From Scyliorhinus canicula (lineage: Eukaryota), in NCBI RefSeq assembly GCF_902713615.1, contig NC_052161.1, positions 115,980,636-116,044,635 on the forward strand: a stretch of DNA of 64,000 nucleotides. Direction: 5' to 3'. Made by a program: the position numbers and the translations under genes. The notes beneath the pieces were generated by a model that had not been told where the DNA came from, searched no databases, and saw only the letters and a list, made by a program, of their open reading frames with translations. Positions within the stretch are counted from its first letter, which is position 1. The number at the start of each line of letters is the position of its first letter. Positions 37,285-48,867 of this stretch are shown one piece after another.

Positions 37285-40200
37285 TCTCATGGTGGAGATT
37301 CTGACCACGGTGATGTTGGTGGAGTTCGGGAGGCTGTTTTCCAAGCACATGGAGGTGCTTCGAAGGGAGATGACGATTGCGATGAAAGAGTGGGTGGAGG
37401 AGGCAATTGCCCCGGTAAAGGTGATGATGATGAAGACGTCAGTCGAGGTGCAGGAGCAAGGAGAGAAGTTGAAGGGGGTGGAGGAGGCATTGCTAAAACA
37501 CAGCAACCAGGAGGTGCGGAGGGTGGCGGAGGCCAACAAAGGACTCAGAGACAAGGTGGAGGGGAGCGCGAGAACAAGTCGAGGAGGCAAAGCTGAGAAT
37601 CTGTGGGTCTGCCTGAGGGGGTGGAGGGCCTGAGTACTTTGTAAAGATATTTGTGGAGTTGATTGGGGGGGGGAAAGAACCCTCCTGCTATAGTTGGACA
37701 GGGCCTAAAGCGAGAATGAGCCACCAAGGGTGATTACAGTCTGCTTTCACAGTTACCAAGTGAAGGAGAGGGTTTTGTGCTGGTGAAGCAGAGACGAGAG
37801 GTGAGGTGGGAAGGGGTTGGTATACGTACATACTAAGACCTGACAGTGGAACTGGCGAGAAGGCAGGCAGCCTTTGGACGGGTGAAGGCAGCATTGTATA
37901 GCTGCGGAGTGAGATTTGGAATGGTCTACCCAGCGAAGTTGAGTGTGACTCACAATTCGAGGGATTTTTATTTCAAGATGGTGGAAGCGTTCATTAAATC
38001 TGAACTACTGGGACTGAGGTAAGAGTTGGGAATTGGACTTGGTTGATGGGGATGGGGATGTTTTTCTTCTGGAGGGTTTTCTATTTGATTGAGGTTTTGC
38101 TTTTCTATTTCTTGAATGGGGGTTGTGTACATGTATTTTGGGCTTTAGTTTTCATTTTTTCCTTATGGGTGCATTTCGTATTGTTCTTGCACTGGCAAAC
38201 GTAGGTTGGCTAGTGAACGGGAGTGTGTGTGTGTGTGTGTGGGGGTGACGATACTGGATGAGGTGTCTGCAAGAGAAACTGGATGGGTGATGCTGGGATG
38301 GGGTGTCGACGATGACAAAAGGATGGGGAGGGCCTGGCCGGATGGGCAGGTGATGGCAGGAAGGGTGAGAACCCCGATCAGAATAGTGACATGGAACCCG
38401 ATGGGGTTGGGGGACCGGTGATGAGACTGAGTGTTTTTGTGCACTTCAGTTTAAAAGTTGATGCAGTGATGCTGCAGGAGACCCATTTGAGGGTGAAGGA
38501 TCAGGCTTAAGGACAGTTGAAGGAATCAGGTGTTTCATTCGGGGTTCGAGAGTAGGACTCGGGGGCGGCGCAATCTTGGTGAGCAAGAGTGTGAGGTTTC
38601 AGATGGAGACAGTGGCGTTTGATCAGGGGGTTAGGCACATGATAGCGAAGGGTGTGTTGGAGGGGAGGTTGGTGGCGCTGGTGAGCATATATGGCCCCAA
38701 TTGGGATTATGCGGGGTTCATGAAGAGAGCATTGGGTGCCGTCCCACATCTGGATGTTAGTGTGTGGGGGGGAGCTGGCTGGGCTCATGACAGAGGTGGG
38801 GGAGTGGAGATTTCTACACCGAAGGGATTGAGTATTCGCTTTTCTCCCTGGTTCACAAGGTGTTTGAGGATTCACTCTTTTGTGGTGGGAAAGGCTCTGT
38901 TGGCCGGAGTTAAGAGGTCGGAGTACTCAACAATTGTGATCTCTGATCACGCTCCACATTGGATGGAAATGGTTTTGGAGAAGGGGGCAGCCCAGAGGAC
39001 GGGATGGAGAGTGGGTGTGGGATTTTGGCACAGGGTCATCTGGACTCAAAATGTTAGCTCTCATCTCTCCCTACAGATGCTGTCAGTCCTGCTGAGATTT
39101 TCCAGAATTTTCTCTTTTGGTTTCAGATTCCAGCAATTTGCTTCAATCCAGTGAATGTGGGGTCACTGGCAGATTGGAGCTTCTGTGACAAGGTAGGGAG
39201 GTGATTGAGGAATATGTGGGGTTTAATTGCATGGGGGAGGTTTCAGGGTAGGTGATATTTAAGGATAGGCTGGTGCCGCTGATGGTGAGAATGGTTGAGG
39301 GCGCGACGGTTAGGGGTGCCTTGCCGCAAACAATGGAGCAGACCTCCATCTCGCTCTTGCGAAAGAAGGACAAGGATCCGGTGTAGTATGGGTCATATAG
39401 GCCTTTATTGCTGCAGAATGTAGACGGCAAGATATTGGCAAAGGTGTTGCGTTTAAGGTTGGAAGGGTGCCTCCCAAAGGTGATTGAGGAGCATTAGACA
39501 GGGTTCGTAAAGGGAAGACAGTCATCCTTGGATGAGGAGGTTGTTGAACGTGGTGCTTTCTCCGGCAGAGGGGACGGAGACGAAGGTGGTGGTGGTGTTG
39601 GATGTGGAGAAGGCGTTCAATCGGGTGGAGTGGAGTTATTTGATGGCAGTATTGGAGAAATTTGGGATTGGGCAGAAGTTTGTGGGTACAGCTTCTATAC
39701 AACGAGCCGATGGCAAGCGTGTGCACAAACAGTATGAACTCAGGATATTTTGCATTCCCGGAGTACGAGGCCCCATGTCCCCCCCCCCTTCTATTTGGAT
39801 TGGGTATAAAACCCTTGGTTATTGAGCTTCGGAGCTTCGGGTTGTGGAACGGATAGTTTTTTTTGGGGGGGGGGGGGGGGGGGGTTGTCCATGAAGCGGT
39901 TACGGTGAAGTGGGAGGAAGAGTTGGGAGTGGTGCTGCGGAGGGCAAATGCCTCGACTTTGTGCGCGAGGCTGATACAGCTGAAGGTAGTGTCCAGGGCG
40001 CACCTTACAAAGTCTAGGATGAGCTGGCTGTTTGAAGGGGTTGAGGATGCATGTGAGCGATGTTGGAGGGGCCCTGCGAATCATGTAGATTCATGTAGTT
40101 TTTGTCCTGCCTGAAGCTGGAAAGGTTTTGGAGGACGGTGTTCAGCACCATTTTGGGGGTTTTACATGTGGACGTAGAGCCCAGTCCCCTGGAAGCCATA

Positions 40201-41049
40201 TTTGGGGTGTCAGATTGGCTGGAGCTGCAGGCCGGTGTGGGGGCAGATGATTTTGCCTTTGCCTCGCTGATTGCTCGTAGGTGGGTATTGTTGGGGTGGA
40301 GGTCAGCTTCGCCACTCTGTGCCTCGGCATGACAGGGGGAGCTGCTGGAGTGTCTGACCCCGGGAATGGCGAAATTTGCTCTGAGGGAGGCGAGTGATGG
40401 TTTCTACAATTTTAGGGGGTTTGTTCATCAAGCATTTCCGGGAGTTGGTTAGCATTAACAGTTGGGAGGGGATGGGGGTGTGGGGGGGGGGGGGGGGGGG
40501 GTTTAGGTTGTTTTGTATTCTAAAATTGTTGAAAATTTGTTGAATATAAATACTTTCAAAAAAAAACATTCAAAGCAGATGTGGGGCAGGTTGTTGGATA
40601 ACGAACATGATTATAAATCCCCAGCAAGTTTTTTGATCTCTGAAACAGAAATTCCCCCGTTCTCATGGTTGTTCTGAAGTCAGAAGTTCTCTTACAATAC
40701 AGTGGCTCCTGTTTTGCCATGCACTTTCACATTCTATCAGAAAGAGAGTCCAACTCAGTTTACAAGGCATTGTAAGGATGCAAGCATTACTACCTCCCCA
40801 TGTCACTGGCTGCAATGTTACTTCAAAAAAATTTGATTCTTCTAACCTAATTTATACGTGTGCTGCTAGATACCAAGTCTACAATATACCTTGCACCACA
40901 AGGTCCATGTTTGTTACTCAGTACATCAGCACACCCCTCAAATAATATCTGCACTTACACAGTGCTTCATCACCTCAGACCTTTCAAATTATTTTACACA
41001 ATTACTTTTGTAGACATTGGGTGAAAGCAGCAGCCAATTTGTCTGCAGG

Positions 41050-41087
<38 letters not shown>

Positions 41088-41514
41088 CCCCCGTAACTGC
41101 GATAAGTGCCTTATTCACAGTTTTTTGGTTGGATTGACTGGAGATGTTGGTCCAGATAATGGAAGACAACATTGCTGCCTCTACAACACTCCCTAACTTC
41201 CAGTTTGGGAAAAATAAAGATGCCTGTTTTCCTCAACCTTAGTCAAATTGAAGAACATTTTTCCATACAATTTCCACCCCCTTCCTTCAAATGTGGTGAC
41301 AAATGCTGAGTTGCAGAAATCAAACTCAGGCAATCATTCTTAATCTGCAAGTATCAAAAGCCATACTGGAAGAAACATTTCACCTGAGCGTAATCTCATC
41401 ATTAATGTTGATCTACACATTCCAGCAGGAACCATGAGATAAATGATTAAAAAGTACTAACTTGGTCTGATTTCCCTCGCACCATTCCCAAGCGCAATTC
41501 ACTGCTGCCGCATT

Positions 41515-41715
41515 TCATTTTTTTCCCCCAATTAAGGGGCAATTTAGCGTGGCCAATCCATCTAACCTGCACATCTTTGGGTTGTGGGGGTGCAACCCAC
41601 GCAGACACAGGGAGAATGTGTAAACTCCACACAGACAGTGAGCGGGGGCCGGGATCGAATCCGGGTCCTCAGCGCTGTAGGCAGCAGTGCTAACCACTGC
41701 GCCACCGTGTCGCCC
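41515..41715 (-). mobile_element. V-SINE, short form
   Basis: Reverse complement of the family sequence. Confidence 0.88.
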
Positions 41716-42479
41716 TTGCTGCCACATTTCAGATTAATAACCCACAAACTAATGATATAAAAGAAAATCATAGGATGGTTACAGCACAGTGCATTGGTTC
41801 ACTGACTCCCAAGATGCCAGTCCATTTTGCGGCCTTGTGGATTCCGTGGATCATGCCTATGTAGTTTGTTTTAGACTGCACCCCCTTTTCAGTTACTTAA
41901 AAAAACCTTTTTGAAGTTTTGTTTACACGCTCCTGATCTAAGGGCACGTGGTGCAGAGAGGAGTAGGGAAAGAGGAGGACCTCCCTGCGAGCCTGCTCCA
42001 GGGCCTGACCAAACCTATCAACTGGTACAGGCAGAGGGCAATCGAAGGGATTGCAAACAAAGCAATCGACAGACCTGACTGTCTGCCCCTCTGCCGTGGA
42101 TACAATCACGGTCAGGTGTCCCTGGAAATGGAGCATGCAGTGTCTACTGGCAACGTTGAGACCTTCCGTGCCATTGGGGTGCTTTATTGGCCCCTCTAAT
42201 CACATATTGGTTTGGTGTTTTAAGTCTCATTTGTGATTTGCTCTTTGTCCCTTTAATTTGTCCCTCAGTTTATTTGATTTAGTTTACATGGTTATTTATG
42301 ATCAAAATAGTTGGAGATCATTCAGCCCAGTGTGTCTGTGCCAACTCTCCAAAAGCAACTCAGCTAGTCCAACTCCCTGCCTTTTCCCTGTGGGGCCCGT
42401 CAAATTTATTTTTTAGAAAATCACAATTCTTTCTTAAAAGCTTCAATTGAACCTGCCTTTACCTGGACAATATCCATCC

Positions 42480-43205
42480 TTGGGTTGACAAGTGGCCAAC
42501 AACATTCATGTCACACAAGTGCCAGGCAATGACCATCTCCAACAAGAGAGAATCAAACCATTGCCCCATGACATTCAATGGCATTACCATCGCCAAGTCC
42601 CCCATTATCAATACCCTGGAGATTCCCATTGACCTTACTGAACTGGAATAGCCATATAAATACTCTGGCTACAAGAGCAGGTCAAAGGCTAGGAATCCTG
42701 CAGTGAGTAACTTACCTCTCAACTCACCAAAGTCTCATCATCATCTACAAGGCACAAGTCATGAATGTGACAGAATACTCTCCACTAGCCTCAATGAGTG
42801 CAGCTATAACACCTCAAGAAGATTGACACAAAGCAGTCAACCTGATTGGCTTCCCATCCAGACATCCACACCCTGCACCACTGACCCACCATGGCAGCAA
42901 TGTGTGCCATCTACAAGATTCACTACAGCAACACACCAAGGCTGTTTCCTTCCAAACAACTACCATCTAGAAGGATAAGGGCAGCAAATTTATGGGAACA
43001 GCACCTACAAGTTCACCTCCAAGCCACTCACCATCCTGACTTGCAAATTTATCATGCTTCCTACACTGTGGCTAGGTCAAAATCCTTGAACGCTCCTAAC
43101 AGCACCGTGGATGTACCTACACAGACTGCAGTGGTTCATCACGGCAGCCCACTACCTTATCAAAGGAAATTAGGGATGGGCAATAAATGCTGGCCTAGCC
43201 TTTGA
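42480..43205 (+). mobile_element. Old CR1/L2-group LINE 3' fragment
   Basis: KWxxTF..KCQAM and IYKAQV..EYSPL-type remnants; tail GGGATGGGCAATAAATGCTGGCC. Homologous to 62150-62690. Confidence 0.75.
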
Positions 43206-46176
43206 ATGAATTCCCCATTATATTATCAAGTATTTTAAAAGAGGGCAGAACTATACTTTGCAGTACCTTATAAAAGGCCTTTGAAAGTCCACCAGATTAC
43301 TATGACTTTCACCAAATTAACTTTGTCTACTTTTACTTCTTAAAAGAATTCAATGAAGTTGGTTAAGCATGGCCTTCCTTTCTGAAAACTTTGTGAACTG
43401 GGATTAGAATAAATAGGGGTTTGATGGCCAGCATAGACACGATGGGCCATAGGGTCTCTTTTTGTACTGTAAACTTCCATGACTCTATAACTGATCCAAG
43501 TCCCTGGATTTGTTTGATCTTCCTTTTTTGAAAATTGAAACATCAGCTGTCTTGCAGCCCTTCAGTGTGTCTCCTCTCTCTTGCTTAGTGTAATCCCCTT
43601 AGACTCTCAGTTTTAGTCGCTCTAAGTTTAGTTTATCAACTATCATTTAAAATGTCTTGATATTAGAAAAAAGATAAAAAAGGTCATGTTCCTTCCAAAA
43701 TCTGTGACAAACAACACAAAGAAATTGGGAGCATTTTAAGTATAATTGTAGGGCTAAAGTTAGTCAAATTGCGCCAGCTTCACCTATAGTTAGCCGTGTC
43801 ATTCTGCTGTGCTCCATGTGCCTATCCAATAACCGCTTGAAAGTTCCTAAAGTGTCCGACTCCACTATCACAGCAGGCAGTCCATTCCATACATAACCAC
43901 TCTCTGAGTAAAGAACCTATCTCGGACATCCCTCCTATATCTCCCACCTTGAACCTTAGTTATGCCCCCTTGTAACAGCTTCATCCACCTGAGGAAATAG
44001 TCTATGAACGTCCATTCTATCTATCCCCCTCACCATCTTATAAACCTCTATTAAGTCGCCTCTCATCTTCCTCCATTCCAAAGAGAAAAGCCCTAGCTCC
44101 CTCAAGCTTTCCTCGTAAGACCTATCCTCCAAACCAGGCAGCATCCTGGTACATCTCCTTTGCACCCTTTCCAATGCTTCCACATCCTTCCTAGTCAGGT
44201 GACCAGAACTGCACACAATACTCCAAATGTGGTCTCACCAGGGTCATGTACAGTTGTAGCATAACCCCACGGCTCTTAAACCCAAGCCCCCTGTTAATAA
44301 ACGCTAACACACTATAGGCCTTCTTCACGGCTCTACTCGAGTGGCAACCTTCAGAGATGTGTGGACATGAACCCCAAGATTTCTCTGTTCCTCCACATTC
44401 TTCAGAATCCTGCCGTTGACCCTGTAATCCGCATTCAAATTTTTCCTACCAAAATGAATCACCTCGCACTTATCAGGGTTAAACTCCATCTGCCATTTTG
44501 TGGCCACGCTCTGCATCCTATCAATGTCTCTTTGCAGCCTACAACAGCCCTCCACCTCATCCACTACTCCACCAATCTTGGTATCATCAGCAAATTTACT
44601 GACCCACCCTTCAGCCCCCTCCTCCAAGTCATTGATAAAAATCACAAATAGCAGAGGACCCTGTGGTACACCGCTGGTAACTGGTCTCCAGCCTGAAAAT
44701 TTTCCATCCACCACCACTCTCTGTCTTCTATGTGATAGCCAGTTACTCATCCAATTGGCCAAAATTCCCCCTATCTCACACCTCCTTATTTTCTTCATGA
44801 GCCGACCATGGGGAACCTTATCAAACGCCTTACTAAAATCATCAACTGCTCTACCATCATCTACACTCCCAGTAACCTCCTCAAAGAATTCAATCAAATT
44901 TGTGAGGCAAAACATACCCTTCATAAATCCGTGTTGACTATCCCGGATTAAGCTGCATCTTTCCAAATGGTCATAAATCCTATCCTTCAGGACCTTTTCC
45001 ATTAACTTACCGACCACCGATGGAAGACTAACCGGCCTATAATTACCAGGGTCATTCCTATTCCCTTTCTTGCACAGAGGAACGACATTGGCCACTCTCC
45101 AGTCCTCTGGCACTATCCCCGTGGACAGTGAGGACCCAAAGATCAAAGCCAAAGGCTTTGCAATCTCATCCCTTGCCTCCCAAAGAATCCTTGGATATAT
45201 TCCACCTGGCCCAGGGGACTTGTCGACCCTAAGGTTTTTCAAAATTGCCAATACATCCTTCCTCAGAATATCTACCTCCTCCAGCCTACCCACCTGTATC
45301 ACACACTCATCCTCAGAAACATGGCCTCGCTCCTTGGTGAAGAAAAGTATTCATTCAACGCCTCTATCTCTTCTGACTCCATACACAAGTTCCTACTACT
45401 GTCCTTGACCAACCCTAACCTCACCCTGGTCATTCTTTTATTTCTCACATGAGTAAAAAGCCTTGGGGTCTTCCTTGATCCGACCCGCCAAGGACTTCTC
45501 ATGCTCTCTCCTAGCTCTCCTAAGCCCTTTTTTTTAAGCTCATTCCTTGCTACCTTGTAACCCTCAAATGACCCAACTGAACCCTGTTTTCTCATCCTTA
45601 CATACGCTTCCTTTTTCTTCTTGGCAAGGCATTCACCCTCTTTTGTGAACCATGGTTCCCTCATACGGCAATTTCCTCCCTGCCTGACAGGGACATACCT
45701 ATCAAGGACACGCAGTATTTGTTCCTTGAACAAGCTCCACTTTTCATTTGTGCCTTTCCCTGACAAGTTTCTGTTCCTAACTTATGCTCCTAATTCTTGC
45801 CTAATCGCATCATAATTACCCCTCCCCCAATTATAAACCTTGCCCTGCCGTATGGCCCAATCCCTCTCCATTGCAATAGTGAAAGACACCTAATTGTGGT
45901 CACTATCTCCAAAGTGCTCTCCCACAAACAAATCTAACACATGGCCAGGTTCATTACCCAGTACCAAATCCAATGTGGCCCCACCTCGTCGGCCTATCCA
46001 CATATTGTGTCAGGAAACCCTCCTGCACACGCTGTACAAAAACTGCCCCATCTGAACTGTTCGACCTATAGAGGTTCCAATCAATATTTGGAAAGTTAAA
46101 GTCACCCATGACAACTACCCTGGGACCTCCACACCTATCCATAATCTGTTTTGCAATTTCTTCCTCCACATCTCTA

Positions 46177-46695
46177 CAGTAGTCCCCCTTTATAACGCGG
46201 GTGTTGGGGTCCAAGACAGCCACCCGCGTTGCAACCGAGCCGCGGATATCCACGATGGGGGTTTTAAATTTATTTTAAAATCTATGCTAGCGCTTCCCAT
46301 TGAGAGTCTATGGGGGGGCGGGGGGAGAGGTCAGACCCCCGTAGACTCACAATGGGAAGCGCTAGCATAGATTTTTAAATAAATTTAAAACCCCCATCGT
46401 GGATCTAATTAAAACAGTGTCAATTTCAGCGGCCGGCTCACTTTGATCCGGAGAGGGAAGCTGCTCTCTCACTGAAACAATCAGCCGGCCGCTGAAATTG
46501 ACACTGCCCGCTGCTCTCTCCCTCCAATCCAACTTTTAAGTTTTAATGTTTCTGATTGGAGGGAGAGAGCAGCCGGCAGTGTCAATTTCAGCGGCCGGCT
46601 GATTGTTTCAGTGAGAGAGCAGCTTCCCTCTCCGGATCAAAGTGAGCCGGCCGCTGAAATTGACACAACTGACAGTTGGGGTCCATAAGCCCCCC
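46177..46695. mobile_element. Truncated non-autonomous DNA transposon (Tc1/mariner-pogo-like) with internal palindromes
   Basis: Begins TA|CAGTAGTCCCCC inside CR1 ORF2. Two large internal inverted repeats. Right TIR not found. Confidence 0.65.
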
Positions 46696-47618
46696 TTGAT
46701 TAACAATGCTACTCCTCCACCTCTTTTACCACCTTCCCTACTCTTACTGAAACATCTATTCCCCGGAACTTCCAACAACCATTCCTATCCCTGTTCTAAC
46801 CATGTCTCTAATGCCCACATCGTAGTCCCAGGTACCAATCCACGCTCCACGTTTACCGACCTTATTCCGGATGCTCCTTGCATTGAAGTAGACACACTTC
46901 AACCCACCTTCCTGTCTACCGGTACACGCCTGCGAACTTGATGCCCTCCTCAATAACTCACTACTCTCAACACTGGCTTCTGGACAACAGCTCGTTTTCC
47001 CATCCCCCTGACAAATTAGTTTAAACCCCTTCAAAGAGTCGTAGCAAATTTCCCTCCCAGGATATTGGTGCCCCTCTGGTTCAGGTGCAAACCGTCCTGT
47101 CTGTACCTTCCCCAGAATGTGCTCCAATTATACACATAACTGAAACCCTCCCCCCTACACCATCCCTGCAGCCACGTGTTTATCTGCACTCTCTCCCTGT
47201 TCTTCACCTCGCTAACATGTGGCACCAGCAACAAACCAGAGATGACAACATGGTTTGTCCTGGCTCTCAGCTTCCACCGTAGCTCCCTAAATTCCTGTTT
47301 TAAATCCCCGTCCCTTCTCTTACCGATGTGTACCATGACTTGTGACTGTTCCTCCTCCCCCTTAAGGATTCTGAAAACACGGTCTGAGACTTCGTGGACC
47401 CTGGCACCCGGGAGGCAACATACCATCCGTGAGTCTCTTTCGTTGCCACAGAACCGTCTATCTGTCCCTCTAATCGAGTCCCCAATAACTATTGCTCTCC
47501 TTCCTTCCCTTCTGAGCCACAGAGACGGACTCAGTGCTGGAGATCCGTTCACTGTGGCTTACCCCTGGTAGGTCTTCCCCTCAACAGTATCCAAAGCGGT
47601 ATACTTTGGACACTACAA

Positions 47619-47956
47619 GGGGCAGCATGGTAGCATAGTGGTTAGCATCAATGCTTCACAGCTCCAGGGTCCCAGGTTCGATTCCCGGCTGGGTCACTGT
47701 CTGTGTGGAGTCTGCATGTCCTCCCCGTGTGTGCGTGGGTTTCCTCCGGGTGCTCCGGTTTCCTCCCACAGTCCAAAGATGTGCGGGTTAGGTGGATTGG
47801 CCATGCTAAATTGCCCGTAGTGTCCTAAAAAAAAGTAAGGTTAAGGGGGAGTTGTTGGGTTACGGGTATAGGGTGGATACGTGAGTTTGAGTGGGGTGAT
47901 CATTGCTCGGCACAACATCGAGGGCCGAAGGGCCTGTTCTGTGCTGTACTGTTCTA
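47619..47956 (+). mobile_element. HE1-like V-SINE, long form with CR1-derived tail
   Basis: Pol III A/B boxes (TAGCATAGTGG, GGTTCGATTCC), V-domain (TGTGGAGTCTGCA..GGGTTTCCTCCGGGTGCTCCGGTTTCCTCCCACA), tail shared with CR1. Inserted in CR1 ORF1. Confidence 0.9.
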
Positions 47957-48640
47957 CTTGTTACTGAGGGGAACGACCACAGAGGATCCCTGCACTGACT
48001 GCTTCCTCCCAGCCCCTCTCACCGTCACCCATCTATCTTGATTCTTCAGAGTAACTACATCCCTGAAGCTACTATCTAGGACCACCTCTGCCTCCCGAAT
48101 GATCCGAAGTTCATCCAGCTCCAGTTCCCTAACGTGGTTTCTGAGGAGCTGGAGATGGGTGCACTTCCCACAGGTGAAATCAGCAGGGACACTGACGGCA
48201 TCCCTCACCTCAAACATTCTGCAGGAGGAACATTGCACTGCCTTCCCTGCCATCCCCTCTCGATAACGAAAGAACTTACCTGATATTCGCTCAATCCCTT
48301 AGGTTAGAGGAGGTGGAAGGGTGGGGGACACTACAAGTGTAGTGTCTCAGGTGTAGGAACTGCCCAACTTAAATACAGATAAAAATAAAACACTTAACCA
48401 GCAACCACTGCACCCTGCACGATAACAGCAATCAGCTGTTATGGGCCCATGCAAAGAATTTAAATCTTTACTCCTTACCCAGCAGTCACTTTGTCTTCAC
48501 TCCGACCGCATTCAGCTGGAAACCGCCAACAGTAAGTTTTTGAAAAATTCATTCCCCTTAGCAAGCACTCACTCATCAACCACTGCGCCCCGCACGATTG
48601 CTTACATTACAACACAGTCCTGGAGTTGGGAGCTACCTTA

Positions 48641-48867
48641 TGTCGTCGACTATATTAGGGCTATCGCGGTACCTAGGTGGGATGTACCTTATACTGTAGT
48701 ACGAGTGGAAGAACCTGCCTGCTGGTTCCGCCCAGCAAGCGGAGCATAAGAATCTGTGTTTCACCCACAGCAGTCATTCTGTACCGGAGCTGTTGGGGTA
48801 ACTATTTGTTCATTAAAGCCTTCAATTGGACTACAGTCTCGCTTCAGTAGTGATTGATCGTGCATCA
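48641..48867 (+). repeat. 5' LTR of the Gypsy element
   Basis: Direct repeat of 52956-53182 (about 14 substitutions in 227 nt by manual count, no indels). GC box 48728, TATA-like CATAAGA 48745, Inr-like TCATTCT 48774, ATTAAA 48812. Confidence 0.93.

Larger units (their letters stand above)
36431..40566 (+). mobile_element. Decayed, internally deleted L1-clade LINE
   Basis: L1 ORF1-like remnants at about 37300-38000. Endonuclease motifs IVTWN, LQETH, VSIYGPN, SDHAP. RT motifs YRPLLLQNVDGKILAK, LDVEKAFNRVEW. Cys-rich C-terminus and A-rich tail. Degenerate TSD CGTTCATAGCAGATCTG (36414-36430) / CATTCAAAGCAGATGTG (40567-40583). Confidence 0.85.
43797..48590 (-). mobile_element. Near full-length decayed CR1-clade LINE (HER1-like)
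   Basis: ORF1 starts at 48253 with CxxC..CxxC and a leucine zipper, then an esterase domain (IVIGDS). ORF2 has an AP endonuclease (YFNARSIRNK, MGDFNFP) and RT (DFSKAFDKVPH, SGVPQG, KFADDTK, RPHLEYC-type C-terminus). Interrupted by a SINE and a MITE; 5' limit approximate. Confidence 0.92.

Noticed and set aside
36908-37633. 241-aa ORF with a coiled-coil-like end
   Set aside because: Chimera of an antisense SINE and decayed L1 ORF1.
41050-41092. Long poly-C/poly-G tracts (also about 5345, 20017, 30424, 57858, 59971) as functional G4 elements
   Set aside because: Scattered homopolymers, often inside repeats; lengths are unreliable in assemblies and there is no independent support.
44325-45302. 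325-aa reverse transcriptase ORF as a functional or domesticated gene
   Set aside because: A fragment of a CR1 ORF2 with deletions in conserved motifs and frameshifts on both sides.
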